DNA of 57,947 bases from a virus (lineage: Duplodnaviria; Caudoviricetes). The first letter of the stretch is position 1. Each line of letters starts with the position of its first letter. The notes beneath the pieces are model-generated. The model worked only from the letters and a program-made list of their open reading frames with translations. It ran no database searches and was not told where the DNA came from. Made by a program: the position numbers and the translations under genes. The stretch is from positions 1-57,947 of the IMG/VR virus record IMGVR_UViG_3300038317_000024. One strand, written 5' to 3'. This document shows positions 36,283 through 46,478 of the stretch, one piece after another.

Positions 36283-37253
36283 CGCTGGAGGATTTGATTT
36301 ATAACCAGCTCATTCAGAGAACGGAACTAACCGAAAAGCTGGCACGGTATGAAGATGTTCCGGCGGTATTTTACCAATCAGCACCAGGAGATCAGGCGGG
36401 AGGGTGGAACAGCAAGCGCCAATACCCACGCCTTGATTTTATCGTTGACCTGCAAGCCAACACGGAACGTCAGACATCCGGACTAATGACCCTTAATATC
36501 TGGTGCGACGAGGCGGGAATGCAACCAGAGGAAATAGAGCCAGAGGTACAAAATGCCCTGCGTGATATTTTCATGCAACCAGAAGAGCAACCGCCATACT
36601 GCCTCAGATGGGCCAGGTCGGATAACTTCGAGCTGAAGAACAGCGCAACAAAAGGATCCCACGTTATCGGTATAACCGTTTTATTTGACGTGCTGGCATT
36701 CCCGAATCAGGAAACAACAGACCCGGATCCGGTAATGGCCATGAATCAATTCATCAAGGAATGGGAACCAAACGCAGCAGTAATCGGAGCAGATACATTA
36801 CCAGGTTATTTCATGGCTGAAGCCAAGAAGCCAGCACTATATTTCAGGCTTTCAACTCTGGGACTGGAGAGAGAGACAAACACCGTAGCGTGGATGATTG
36901 CAAGCATAGCCGGTCACATATTCGCACCAACAGCAGAAATAAGGCTTCAATGGCTTAAATATTTAGTTGACACGCTGGCCAGTAGAGGAGAAGTCACAAT
37001 GATGGACACCTCGCCGATGTTTATCAGGAGCATAAAGGCAGACAGCGCGGTAGATTATCTGACCACAGGACAGCTGCAGCTTAATGTGAGGTTTGGTATT
37101 TTACGCAGACCAACATACGCGCACACATTAACCAAAACTAACATACCACGAGAGAAGCTGGAGGCAGAGACAGTAAAGGTCAACGTAACGCCGGAGCCGT
37201 CTAACGAGTATGCGATCGAATACAAGCTCGCAGGAGCTGACTACGAAGAATAG
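36279..37253 (+). CDS. Probable tail completion/terminator protein
   Basis: Position before sheath; ATGA overlap. Confidence 0.55.
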   Translation: MTLEDLIYNQLIQRTELTEKLARYEDVPAVFYQSAPGDQAGGWNSKRQYPRLDFIVDLQANTERQTSGLMTLNIWCDEAGMQPEEIEPEVQNALRDIFMQPEEQPPYCLRWARSDNFELKNSATKGSHVIGITVLFDVLAFPNQETTDPDPVMAMNQFIKEWEPNAAVIGADTLPGYFMAEAKKPALYFRLSTLGLERETNTVAWMIASIAGHIFAPTAEIRLQWLKYLVDTLASRGEVTMMDTSPMFIRSIKADSAVDYLTTGQLQLNVRFGILRRPTYAHTLTKTNIPREKLEAETVKVNVTPEPSNEYAIEYKLAGADYEE

Positions 37254-37265
37254 GAGGTTTAATCG

Positions 37266-37484
37266 ATGAGCGAAAGCACAAAGAAAACCCCTTCCCAGGA
37301 ACCGACAATCCAGGAAGCCGAATACACGATGGAGGAGCTGGCTACAGCTTCAGAAACCGTAATCGGAAAAGGGACAATGCCTGAATGCGTTATAGCAGCC
37401 TTCCGTGTGGCAGGCGTCGAAAAGGCCACAAAAACAGAGGCAAAGAAAATCGTAACAAAATATTTGACAAAGGAGGTCAAGTAA
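37266..37484 (+). CDS. Small protein preceding the sheath gene
   Basis: RBS; ends KYLTKEVK, adjacent to sheath start. Confidence 0.65.
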   Translation: MSESTKKTPSQEPTIQEAEYTMEELATASETVIGKGTMPECVIAAFRVAGVEKATKTEAKKIVTKYLTKEVK

Positions 37485-37485
37485 T

Positions 37486-38901
37486 ATGGCAGGAGTATTC
37501 ACAATCGGAGAAACCAAAGCCAGACCAGGCGTTTATACCAGATACGAAAACGCTGGTGGGCCACAGTTAGCCGGTGCAGTAAACGGAATAGGCGCTGCAG
37601 TTATCAAGGCGAACTGGGGGCCGCTTAATCAGCTCATCGAGCTTGATGGAGCAAACGCAGTGGCGCCGGTATTTGGCACAGCACTAACCGTTGACACAAT
37701 CACCGAAATGTTCACAGGCGGCTGCAGTAAAGTAAAGGCCGTAAGAGCAGGCACAGGAGGAACAGCTGCAACAATCAAATTGAAGGACAGCGCGGCAGTA
37801 GATGCCGTGACAATCACGGCGAAATACGTCGGAGATAGAGCCTTCAGCGTAACAGTCAGAGACAGCCTATTAAATACCGAGAAGCGCGAATGCATTATTT
37901 ATGCAGGCACTACGGAATTTGAGAAGGTGGAATTTGCAAAGGGAGCCGTGGGATTAGGGGAACCGGCTGCCATCGTCGCTGCATTTGCAAACAGCAAGAA
38001 CTTTACAGCAACAAAAGCAGCAGACGGAAGCAAGCTACTGGCTGAAATTGCTCAATCAGCAATGACAGCAGGAACCAACCCTAATGTAACAACTGCCGAA
38101 TACAGCGCAGCATTTAACATCCTGGAAGCAGGAAAATGGAACGTTCTGTGCGTAGACACAGAGGAAACCACAGTGCACGCGCTTATTCAACCATTCATCC
38201 AGAGGATCTACCTCGCAGGAGCCACTTCAATGGCATGCGTAGCAGAGACAAAAGCGGTGGAGCTTGAAACCAGAATGACCCATGCTGCAGCGTTCAACGA
38301 CGAGAAAATGCACTACGTATTGAACCCGGCATATGACGCAAGCGGCAAGCTTTACGATGGGTACAAACTGGCAGCAAGAATCGGTGGCATGATTGCAGCT
38401 GTAGCTTCAAATACCAGCTTAACCCACACAGTAGTAAATGGGTTTACAACCATCGCAGAACCTCTGACAAACAGCCAAATCGAAAAGGCACTGGCCAAAG
38501 GATGTCTTGTCCTAACCGTCAACGCAAGCGACCAAATCTGGATTGAGAGCGCAATCAACACTTTAGTTACACCAAGCGGGAACCAGGACGCAGGCTGGAA
38601 GAAGATCCGCAGGACAAAAACCAGATTTGAACTTATGGACAGAATCGTAGCAACAACAGATCCACTAATCGGCAAGGTTAACAACGACAGCGACGGCAGA
38701 GCAACATTCATTGCTGCAGCGCAAGGCGTAGTTAATGCCATGATTGGAGAAAAGAAACTGCTACCAGGTGGAATGGTTTATGAAGACCAACAGAACCCGC
38801 CTGCAGGAGATAGCGCATGGTTCATTATAGCTGTTGACGACATCGACAGTATCGAAAAAGCATACCTGGCGTTCAAATTTAGATTTGCACCAGAGGCTTA
38901 A
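37486..38901 (+). CDS. Contractile tail sheath protein
   Basis: KARPGVY, ANWGP, SLTH, AINTL..WKKIRR, IGKVNN..GR, DSIEK. Confidence 0.9.
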   Translation: MAGVFTIGETKARPGVYTRYENAGGPQLAGAVNGIGAAVIKANWGPLNQLIELDGANAVAPVFGTALTVDTITEMFTGGCSKVKAVRAGTGGTAATIKLKDSAAVDAVTITAKYVGDRAFSVTVRDSLLNTEKRECIIYAGTTEFEKVEFAKGAVGLGEPAAIVAAFANSKNFTATKAADGSKLLAEIAQSAMTAGTNPNVTTAEYSAAFNILEAGKWNVLCVDTEETTVHALIQPFIQRIYLAGATSMACVAETKAVELETRMTHAAAFNDEKMHYVLNPAYDASGKLYDGYKLAARIGGMIAAVASNTSLTHTVVNGFTTIAEPLTNSQIEKALAKGCLVLTVNASDQIWIESAINTLVTPSGNQDAGWKKIRRTKTRFELMDRIVATTDPLIGKVNNDSDGRATFIAAAQGVVNAMIGEKKLLPGGMVYEDQQNPPAGDSAWFIIAVDDIDSIEKAYLAFKFRFAPEA

Positions 38902-38917
38902 GAGAGGAGGATAAAGC

Positions 38918-39373
38918 ATGTTTAATAACAGAGCACCCATAGATACAAGAAAGACGCTCACAGGGAAAGACGGAGCGCTGTTCAATGACGCGGGAGTCAT
39001 GCTGGCAACGATTGAGACATTCCAGACCCAGGTCAATGTAACAAACGCAAAATACCAGCCACTGGGAGATGCCCAGGAGCATGAAGTATTTCAGGCATAC
39101 GGCGTAACCCTTACATTCACAGAAATCGTAATCGAAGACGAGCGCTTTATTCAGGAACTATTCAACGGAATGAAGGCCGGCGTGATGCCTTCTTGGAACT
39201 TCCAGGGCGTAGTCAAGGGACGCAACGACAGCGAACAAAGAATGGTTTACAGACAATGCGTACCAAGCGGAACAATCGACCTGCAGAACCTATCCGTAGG
39301 AGACATAATCAAGAGGGCATGGAGCCTCTTTGTTAATGACCCGCCGGAGCTTCAGAGCTTACTGACGGCCTAA
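38918..39373 (+). CDS. Tail tube protein (XkdM-like)
   Basis: LTGKDGALF; directly follows sheath. Confidence 0.8.
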   Translation: MFNNRAPIDTRKTLTGKDGALFNDAGVMLATIETFQTQVNVTNAKYQPLGDAQEHEVFQAYGVTLTFTEIVIEDERFIQELFNGMKAGVMPSWNFQGVVKGRNDSEQRMVYRQCVPSGTIDLQNLSVGDIIKRAWSLFVNDPPELQSLLTA

Positions 39374-39409
39374 GACGCAAAAAGCGTGCAGGCGCATAAC
39401 AAAACACCA

Positions 39410-39450
39410 AAGGCCGTCCTGCAAGTACCAGGGCGGCCTTATTTTTATTT
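39410..39450 (+). terminator. Intrinsic terminator after tail tube
   Basis: AAGGCCGTCCTG / CAGGGCGGCCTT followed by T-run. Confidence 0.7.
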
Positions 39451-39465
39451 GAGGAGGAAAATTTA

Positions 39466-39972
39466 ATGGCTACTGAAAAAACAAAAATTGAAGAAATCGA
39501 ATTGACCGAAGAGGAGAACAAAGGGCAGCTGCGCACTTATGAAAATGACATCCTGAAAGGGCTTCTGGCAGCAGCAAACTATGAGACCGAAGAGGATAAC
39601 ATCCATCCGATAGAAATCGCGAGAAACGGCGTGGTTCTTTTCACGTTCCACATTCGACCTTTGAGTGAAGAAGAATACCAGAAATGCAAAGACAAGAATA
39701 CCAAGTACGTCCGCAATAAGCAGCTGGGGATCAAGTTTCCAGAGAACACAGACAGCGTGAGATACAGAAGCGCCCTTATTTACCAGGCAACTATCAAAGA
39801 GGATAGAGAGAAGATCTGGGACAACAAGGAAGCGTGGAAGGCGCTAAACGTATTAACTGGCATCGACCTTATAGAAAAGACGTTACTGGCAGGCGAGAAG
39901 GACGCCGTACTCGAAAAAGTGGATAAGATCAGTGGCTACACTTCAACTACGGAGGAAGTAGCAAAAAACTAA
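39466..39972 (+). CDS. Tail assembly chaperone (XkdN-like)
   Basis: FHIRPLSEEE..LLAGEK..ISGY..AKN*; between tube and tape measure. Confidence 0.8.
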   Translation: MATEKTKIEEIELTEEENKGQLRTYENDILKGLLAAANYETEEDNIHPIEIARNGVVLFTFHIRPLSEEEYQKCKDKNTKYVRNKQLGIKFPENTDSVRYRSALIYQATIKEDREKIWDNKEAWKALNVLTGIDLIEKTLLAGEKDAVLEKVDKISGYTSTTEEVAKN

Positions 39973-40136
39973 TCGAGGCCGGAGGAATGGCCACGCTGCT
40001 CCATCACATATTCCAGCGGATGGGGCTGCCTCCGGACGAGGTAATGGCAAAGCCACCGGGAGTACGAGCTTTTATGTTAGCCTCCATGCGCGTGCAGCTT
40101 GAATCCGAATCTAACGGAAAGGAGGATGAAGACTAA
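39963..40136 (+). CDS. -1 frameshift extension of the tail chaperone (G/GT type)
   Basis: Slippery A AAA AAC at 39963-39969; -1 frame open to TAA 40134-40136. Confidence 0.7.
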   Translation, partial: KKLIEAGGMATLLHHIFQRMGLPPDEVMAKPPGVRAFMLASMRVQLESESNGKEDED

Positions 40137-43100
40137 TGGCAGCCGAAACATTTCGCATTGAAATACCTATCCACGTCGAGGACAATACAGATCCCGGCGT
40201 CTCCCAGGCAACACGGAAGATTAATGGGTTTGACAAGGCGAATCAAAAGACACAGGAAAGACTAAACCAAATGAACAGAACCAAGTACCAGGTCGTACTT
40301 GACGCTATGGATAGAGCTTCAGGAATAATCGGCAAGGTTTCATCGGGAGCACGCAGCATAGCAGGGAAGACATTCAGCTTCACAATGAAAGTGCTTGACC
40401 TGGCAACAGCGCCACTTCGAGGGCTGTGGAACTTGGCGACGTCCGTACAAGGCGCAATACTTGGAGCAACCGGCGCGTTTGCTGGAATTTATAAGCCGAT
40501 GGAAATAGCCGGAGACTTTGAGCAGACACAAATCGCATTTGAAACCATGCTGAAGAGCGCGGACAAAGCGAACAAATTCATGCAGGATGCGTCCACATTT
40601 GCAAACAAAACACCGTTCGAATTTCCAGAGCTGATCAACAGCAGTAAGCTGCTCCTTGCCTTTGGATTTGAGGCAGACAAAGTGCTTGATTTAATGACCA
40701 TCATAGGCGACACATCAAGTGGCCTGGGCGCAGGATCAGAAGGAATAGACAGAATAACCAGGGCACTCGGTCAGATGCAGGCAAAAGGGCGAGCGCAAGC
40801 TGAAGAATTACTGCAGCTTCAGGAAATGGGCGTACCGGCCAACCAGATACTGCAGGAGGAACTCGGACTCACCGGAGAACAAGTGGCCAATATCGGAAAA
40901 GAAGGCATAGCAGCGTCAAAAGTAATAGATGCATTGCTACGAGGCATGGAAAAACGATACGGCGGCATGATGGAGAACCAATCAAAGACAGCCAAAGGTA
41001 TGATTTCAACCCTACAAGATACCCTTTCAAATTCACTTTTGAGGCCATGGGGACAAGGACTGTGGGAAGGAATAAAGCCAGGGCTTGAAAAATTGACAAC
41101 ATGGATAGACGAGAACCAGGATACCATCGCAGAATGGGGCGAGGCTTGGAAAAAAGCCGGAGCGAATATATCCAAATGGGTAATGACAAAAGTAGAAGAC
41201 CTTCAGGGAAGCATTCGAAGAATGACGAACTCCCAGGAATGGAAGGATGCTCAAACATTCGGAGCCAAGATGAAGGTAGCATGGGATCAGATCATAGCGC
41301 AGCCATTCAATGAATGGTGGAACTCAACGGGCAAAGCCTGGCTCAGTGAAAAAGCAGGCAAAATAGGAGAAGGAATAGGAACAGCGCTATCAGCTGGCCT
41401 ACTTACTTTATTAGGAGTAGATGTAAGCGGAGCCATGGAAGACGGAACCAGCATAGGCGCTTCATTTGCCGATGGTTTCAGTAAAGGATTTGATGGCAAG
41501 AAGGTAGGAGAAGCAATTCTGAACGCCATAAAAGGCGTATTCAACGACGCAGGAACACTGCTACCTGGCGGAGAGGAAGCAAGCAGCACGTCATGGCTTT
41601 CAACAGGAGCAATCGCGCTGGCACTTTCAAAACTCGGCATATTTAAATTAATAGGCAAGGGCGGAAAAGGCTTAATGAGCCTATTCGGAAAAGGAAGCCA
41701 AAGCGGAGCACCTGCAGGAGCCGGAACGCCATCGGCATACAGTACAGACACAATGTACGTTACAGCCCAGGTGGTCAACGTTTATGGAAGGTCAATACAA
41801 AACCCAAGCGGAGGATCACCAGGAGGCGGAGTGCCAGGAGGATCAATACCACCAATGCTACCCACAACAGGAATGCCGCCAATGTTACCACCGGGAGGAG
41901 GCCCGCTATCATTACCACCAACAACTCCACCATTGGCACTACCAGGAGCAGTAGGAGCAGCCGGAACAGCAGGCAAGGTAATAAACACCGTGCAGCTTTC
42001 AAATGGCACATACGCAGCTTCAGGTGGAGCATTAGGAACAGGACTGGCCACAACAGGCGTAGCACTTGGTAGCGGAGCAACAACCGCAGGAGGAGCTGCA
42101 GCGGCCGGAGCTTCAGGAATACTCGGAGGAATACTCGGCATTCTTGGAATAGGAGCCGGAGCCGTGGACATTTACCAGGGCACGAAGAAAACAGGCAAAG
42201 AAGCAAAGGACGAATACTGGCAAGGTGGAACAAAGCTCGGTATGGTAGGCACAGGAGCAGCGGCAGGAGCGGCGATAGGTTCCGTGGTACCGGTTATAGG
42301 AACAGGCGTCGGTGCACTTGTAGGAGCCGGAATAGGCGGCGCAGCGGCTTTGTTTGGAGGTGACAAGGCAGGTAAAACATTATCAGACGCAACCGATAAA
42401 GGCGGAGGCTTGTCGAAATTCTGGGACAACACCAAGAAATGGGCAGGAGATACATGGGACTCAGTCAAAACAGGAGCTTCAAACGCAGGCACGTGGATCA
42501 GCGACAAATGGAGCGGGTTCAGTGACTGGTTCGACACTTCCGTATGGACACCAGCTAAAGACATCGGAATTTCAGCAATTAACATCGCAGCCGGAGCATG
42601 GAGTGAAGGAAGCGATTGGATAGGAGACAAATGGAGCGACTTCTCCGGGTGGTTTGACGAAACAGTCTGGACACCGGTAAGTAATGCAGCACAAACTGCT
42701 GGACAATGGGTAAGCGACAGATGGGGAGAAGCCAGGACGTGGGTAGGAGACCGCTGGTCTGACTTTTCCGGATGGTTCGAAGAGAGCATATGGACACCAG
42801 TGAAAACAGGAGCCCAGGCAGCAGGAAGCTGGGTAGGAGAACGATGGAGTGAAGCGAAGACATTTGTAAGCGAAACATGGGCGAATGTTTCTGGGTGGTT
42901 TTCAGAGACCGTCTGGGAGCCCGTAAAAGGCGCAGCAGCGACCGCAGGAACATGGCTGGATGAGAAGTTCACTCTTGCAAAAGGAGCCGTTCAGGAAGCC
43001 TGGACAGGCGTATCCGGATGGTTTGAAGAGAACGTCTGGGGACCAATTAAGACAGGCGCAAGCAATGCCTGGGAATGGGTAGGAGAAAAACTCGGAGGCA

Positions 43101-43639
43101 TAGGAGAGTGGATCGGTGACAAATGGACGAGTTTCAAGAGCTGGCTTGGAGGATTAGGGCAAAAGGGATCCAAAGAGACAGGTCTAACAACCAGCGAGGG
43201 GAAAGGAAGCGTACTCGAACATGCATGGGGCGGAATCATGACAAAACCGCACATGGGAATCGTGGCCGAGGACGGAGCTGAAGGAATAATCCCATTAAAC
43301 CCAAGCAAAAGAACCCGAGGTATTGACCTATGGCAAAGAACTGGCGAGCTTCTCGGAGTGCAACCATATGAAGACGGAGGCGTTGTAGGAGAAGAACCAA
43401 ACCGAATACCAAAGGGAGTGCCAACAGGTGGAGGCAACAACATAACAATCAAGGTGGAGGTAAAAGCAGAGCCTAAATTCACAATTGAGGGCGATGGAGA
43501 TACCACCGACGAAAACAGAGTGCTGGCAGTTTTGAAGGGCTACATTCGAGAAATGACAGACGACATCGGAGACGAACTCGCAGAGAGACTGGCGCGAATA
43601 TTCGCAAACATGCCAGTGAAGGGAGGAGCTGAAGCGTAA
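40136..43639 (+). CDS. Tape measure protein
   Basis: FEQTQIAFETML..FANKTPF..ALGQMQAKG; Trp-rich repeats; C-terminal HAWGG..VAEDGAEGIIPL. Confidence 0.9.
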   Translation: MAAETFRIEIPIHVEDNTDPGVSQATRKINGFDKANQKTQERLNQMNRTKYQVVLDAMDRASGIIGKVSSGARSIAGKTFSFTMKVLDLATAPLRGLWNLATSVQGAILGATGAFAGIYKPMEIAGDFEQTQIAFETMLKSADKANKFMQDASTFANKTPFEFPELINSSKLLLAFGFEADKVLDLMTIIGDTSSGLGAGSEGIDRITRALGQMQAKGRAQAEELLQLQEMGVPANQILQEELGLTGEQVANIGKEGIAASKVIDALLRGMEKRYGGMMENQSKTAKGMISTLQDTLSNSLLRPWGQGLWEGIKPGLEKLTTWIDENQDTIAEWGEAWKKAGANISKWVMTKVEDLQGSIRRMTNSQEWKDAQTFGAKMKVAWDQIIAQPFNEWWNSTGKAWLSEKAGKIGEGIGTALSAGLLTLLGVDVSGAMEDGTSIGASFADGFSKGFDGKKVGEAILNAIKGVFNDAGTLLPGGEEASSTSWLSTGAIALALSKLGIFKLIGKGGKGLMSLFGKGSQSGAPAGAGTPSAYSTDTMYVTAQVVNVYGRSIQNPSGGSPGGGVPGGSIPPMLPTTGMPPMLPPGGGPLSLPPTTPPLALPGAVGAAGTAGKVINTVQLSNGTYAASGGALGTGLATTGVALGSGATTAGGAAAAGASGILGGILGILGIGAGAVDIYQGTKKTGKEAKDEYWQGGTKLGMVGTGAAAGAAIGSVVPVIGTGVGALVGAGIGGAAALFGGDKAGKTLSDATDKGGGLSKFWDNTKKWAGDTWDSVKTGASNAGTWISDKWSGFSDWFDTSVWTPAKDIGISAINIAAGAWSEGSDWIGDKWSDFSGWFDETVWTPVSNAAQTAGQWVSDRWGEARTWVGDRWSDFSGWFEESIWTPVKTGAQAAGSWVGERWSEAKTFVSETWANVSGWFSETVWEPVKGAAATAGTWLDEKFTLAKGAVQEAWTGVSGWFEENVWGPIKTGASNAWEWVGEKLGGIGEWIGDKWTSFKSWLGGLGQKGSKETGLTTSEGKGSVLEHAWGGIMTKPHMGIVAEDGAEGIIPLNPSKRTRGIDLWQRTGELLGVQPYEDGGVVGEEPNRIPKGVPTGGGNNITIKVEVKAEPKFTIEGDGDTTDENRVLAVLKGYIREMTDDIGDELAERLARIFANMPVKGGAEA

Positions 43640-44295
43640 TGGATATATACTTCACAGAAATAGAAACAGGCGCAAGACTGGCACTTTCAATGCTCCCTGA
43701 AAAGACAAAGCATAAAGGCTCTGCAAGTTTTCAGTCATACGACATAATCAACATCGGGGAGGTTAAAATTCCGAAAGGAACAAACCTTTTGACGTTCTCT
43801 TGGAATGCAACACTCCCCGGAAGGAGCCGCAGGAACGCAAGCTATGTCAAGAGACAGCACTGGAGAAACCCGGACGAAATCATAAGCCTGTGGGAAAAGT
43901 GGAGAAAAGAAGGCACCAGGATCCGACTAATGATCACGGAAACGCCCATCAATTACGACGTGTACCTGGATGATTACCAAGCAGAGGCAACTGGAGGAAA
44001 CGGCGACTACGAATACAGCATTGCATTTTTAGAAGCCAAACCGGTGGAGGTTTACACAGTCAACGAGCTGAACATAAAACCAAGTGCAAAAACCAACACC
44101 AACAGCACAGCAAGCAGGCCTCCAGCAGCCACAGCAAAGACTTATACCGTAAAAAGTGGAGATAGCCTGTGGAAGATCGCGCAGAAATCCCTGGGAAAAG
44201 GTGGACGATACATGGAGATATTTAATCTCAACAAAGACAAGATAAAGAACGTAAACCTCATATATCCAGGGCAAGTGCTGACGCTGCCAAGTTAG
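43639..44295 (+). CDS. LysM-domain tail/baseplate protein (XkdP-like)
   Basis: YTVKSGDSLWKIA..NLIYPGQVLTLP. Confidence 0.88.
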   Translation: MDIYFTEIETGARLALSMLPEKTKHKGSASFQSYDIINIGEVKIPKGTNLLTFSWNATLPGRSRRNASYVKRQHWRNPDEIISLWEKWRKEGTRIRLMITETPINYDVYLDDYQAEATGGNGDYEYSIAFLEAKPVEVYTVNELNIKPSAKTNTNSTASRPPAATAKTYTVKSGDSLWKIAQKSLGKGGRYMEIFNLNKDKIKNVNLIYPGQVLTLPS

Positions 44296-44298
44296 GAG

Positions 44299-45549
44299 GT
44301 GGAAGCCACGATAGACATAAGAAAACTAAAATATAAATTAATTCTCGTGACAGCATCCGGAAAGCAGCTTGACGTTACACAGGCGGCCGAAAGTATCGGA
44401 TGGGAAGAAGGCGACGCAGAGCTGGCACAACGTATAGGATTTACACTACACAACACCAAATACGGAGGTAGCCAGCTTTCAAGCCTTGCGCAACCAGGAA
44501 GCATAGTGGCTATTATAGCAGACTGGGGTACCAGCAGCGAAGAAGTGGCCAGGGGAACCATTGAAGAGTGGGAACCAGGGCACGTAGGAAGCGGATCTAC
44601 AACTTTTGACGTACTGGCGTATGATGAACTTTTCAACCTTCAGCAGAGCCAGGACAACCGATACTACTCTGCAGGCACAGGGACAAAAGCAGCCATAACT
44701 GGAATATTTAACGACTGGGGAGTGCCGATAGAGAAATACGATGGCCCGGACGTAGCACACGCAAAGACACCGTTCAAGAATGAGTATTTGAGTAATATCC
44801 TCATTCAGCTTTTAGACGACGCAGCCAAAAAAGGCGGAGCGAAATGCATAATAAGAGCCAGCAAAGGGAAGGTCAGCGTAATACCAAAGGGCAGCAACAA
44901 GACGATTTACCACTTCGATGAAGACACTAATGCCACACTCACCAGGGACAAGATAAGCACCGTTGATCTGGTGACAAGGGTTAAGGTAGTAGGCAAAGAA
45001 GACAGCGAAGGAAGACAGCCTGTAGAAGCGGTAATCGACGGATTGACCCAGCACGGAATAAGACAAAGGATACAAAACCGGGCAGAGGACGACACACTGG
45101 CCAACGCAAAATCAGCAGCTCAAGAAATACTGGACGTGCAAGGAAAACCAACCAGAACAATTGTACTCGAAGCTCCTGACGTTCCGATGATCCGTAAAGG
45201 AGACAAGATCCACGCCAAGGCAGGGACGCTCAATGGATATTACATCACGAAATCGGTACGACACGACGCAGCCAGCCGCAGCATGACCATGGAGCTGGAA
45301 CCAGAGGAAGTAAGCGCACCGGCACAATCAGGAGCTGCAGCACCAGCGGCAGCAAGTACAACATTCAATAAAGGCGACAGCGTAATTCTTAACGGCGCTG
45401 TTTATTCAGACAGCTACGGAAACGGAAAAGGGAAGACATTCACGAACCGAAGCTGCAAAATAACCATCAAGGTAGACACAGCAAGGCCATGCCCATACCA
45501 CGTAGACGGTATAGGCTGGGTTAAGCCAAATACCATAACAAAAGCATAA
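44299..45549 (+). CDS. Baseplate hub protein (XkdQ-like)
   Basis: Position; AYDELF.L, VTRVKVVG, IRKGDKI..YYITKSVRH. Confidence 0.75.
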   Translation: MEATIDIRKLKYKLILVTASGKQLDVTQAAESIGWEEGDAELAQRIGFTLHNTKYGGSQLSSLAQPGSIVAIIADWGTSSEEVARGTIEEWEPGHVGSGSTTFDVLAYDELFNLQQSQDNRYYSAGTGTKAAITGIFNDWGVPIEKYDGPDVAHAKTPFKNEYLSNILIQLLDDAAKKGGAKCIIRASKGKVSVIPKGSNKTIYHFDEDTNATLTRDKISTVDLVTRVKVVGKEDSEGRQPVEAVIDGLTQHGIRQRIQNRAEDDTLANAKSAAQEILDVQGKPTRTIVLEAPDVPMIRKGDKIHAKAGTLNGYYITKSVRHDAASRSMTMELEPEEVSAPAQSGAAAPAAASTTFNKGDSVILNGAVYSDSYGNGKGKTFTNRSCKITIKVDTARPCPYHVDGIGWVKPNTITKA

Positions 45550-45561
45550 GGAGGCGATAGC

Positions 45562-46011
45562 ATGAATCCATCATCGGGAAATCCGGGGATAAATAAACTC
45601 GGCCAGGTACTGCAGCAACGCATGAAGGAGACAAACGCATCGCCTCTCGTGCTTGATTTTGGAGTGATCCAGCAGGACTACAGTCTAATGACCAACACAT
45701 ACCCGATACCGATACCAAAAGCAGACTACCTGGTATGCAGGGACGTCACACACAATCCAAGCGTATCATTGACGCAAACAAAACTCGGACAAGGGCAACA
45801 CCCGCACGGATCAAGCGGCAGCCATGGCGGCCACAGTAGCGGAAACGGAACCCACGACCACCCGGACACAGAAGGAGCCCACGTTCATGATGTGGTGCTT
45901 CCAGAAACAATGCGCTGGCTAAAGCCAGGAGACAGAGTTCTGGTAGCCTGGGTTCAAAACGATGCCGTAGTAATTGACGTCGTATTACCAGCGACAAGGA
46001 TAGGAGGATGA
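45562..46011 (+). CDS. Baseplate spike-like protein (XkdR-like) with His-rich insert
   Basis: LDFGVIQ..LKPGDRVLVAW..VVIDVV; internal His/Gly/Ser tract. Confidence 0.65.
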   Translation: MNPSSGNPGINKLGQVLQQRMKETNASPLVLDFGVIQQDYSLMTNTYPIPIPKADYLVCRDVTHNPSVSLTQTKLGQGQHPHGSSGSHGGHSSGNGTHDHPDTEGAHVHDVVLPETMRWLKPGDRVLVAWVQNDAVVIDVVLPATRIGG

Positions 46012-46015
46012 TTAT

Positions 46016-46465
46016 ATGGCAGATAAAAACCTGTTCCCTGTCTTTGACGTTCCAGAAATCATAACGCCAGCTCCGGCAGAGGAGCAGAAATACAAGCCCA
46101 GTGTTTACTTTGACTACGTTCTGGGAGATTTCAGGCGAGACGGAGCCAACAAAATGGTCGTAGCTGAAGGAAGAGAAGCATACCAGCAATGGTGCATAAA
46201 AACCGTGCTGACAGAACGACTCGACCGAATGTCATACAGCAGCGATATAGGAACCGAGCTCGACGATGCACTCAAACAGGCAGACAGACAAGCAGTAGAA
46301 TCAGCGATGGAAAGGACGATCACAGAAGCACTCATGGTAAATAAAAGAACCGAATACGTTCGGAGTTTTGAATTCACATGGGACAGCGACGGCCTGCATT
46401 GCGATTTCATAGTCAAAGGCAAGGAATGGGAAGAACAACATATCGGCGTAATTTTACAAACGTAA
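46016..46465 (+). CDS. DUF2634 / XkdS-like baseplate protein
   Basis: EAYQQWCIKTVLTER..YSSDIGTEL..ERTITEAL. Confidence 0.78.
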   Translation: MADKNLFPVFDVPEIITPAPAEEQKYKPSVYFDYVLGDFRRDGANKMVVAEGREAYQQWCIKTVLTERLDRMSYSSDIGTELDDALKQADRQAVESAMERTITEALMVNKRTEYVRSFEFTWDSDGLHCDFIVKGKEWEEQHIGVILQT

Positions 46466-46478
46466 GGAGGTGGAAAGA

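Noticed and set aside
41287-43506. Long antisense ORFs (up to 266 aa) opposite the tape measure and many other genes
   Set aside because: Shadow frames of the biased coding strand; no RBS or recognisable motifs
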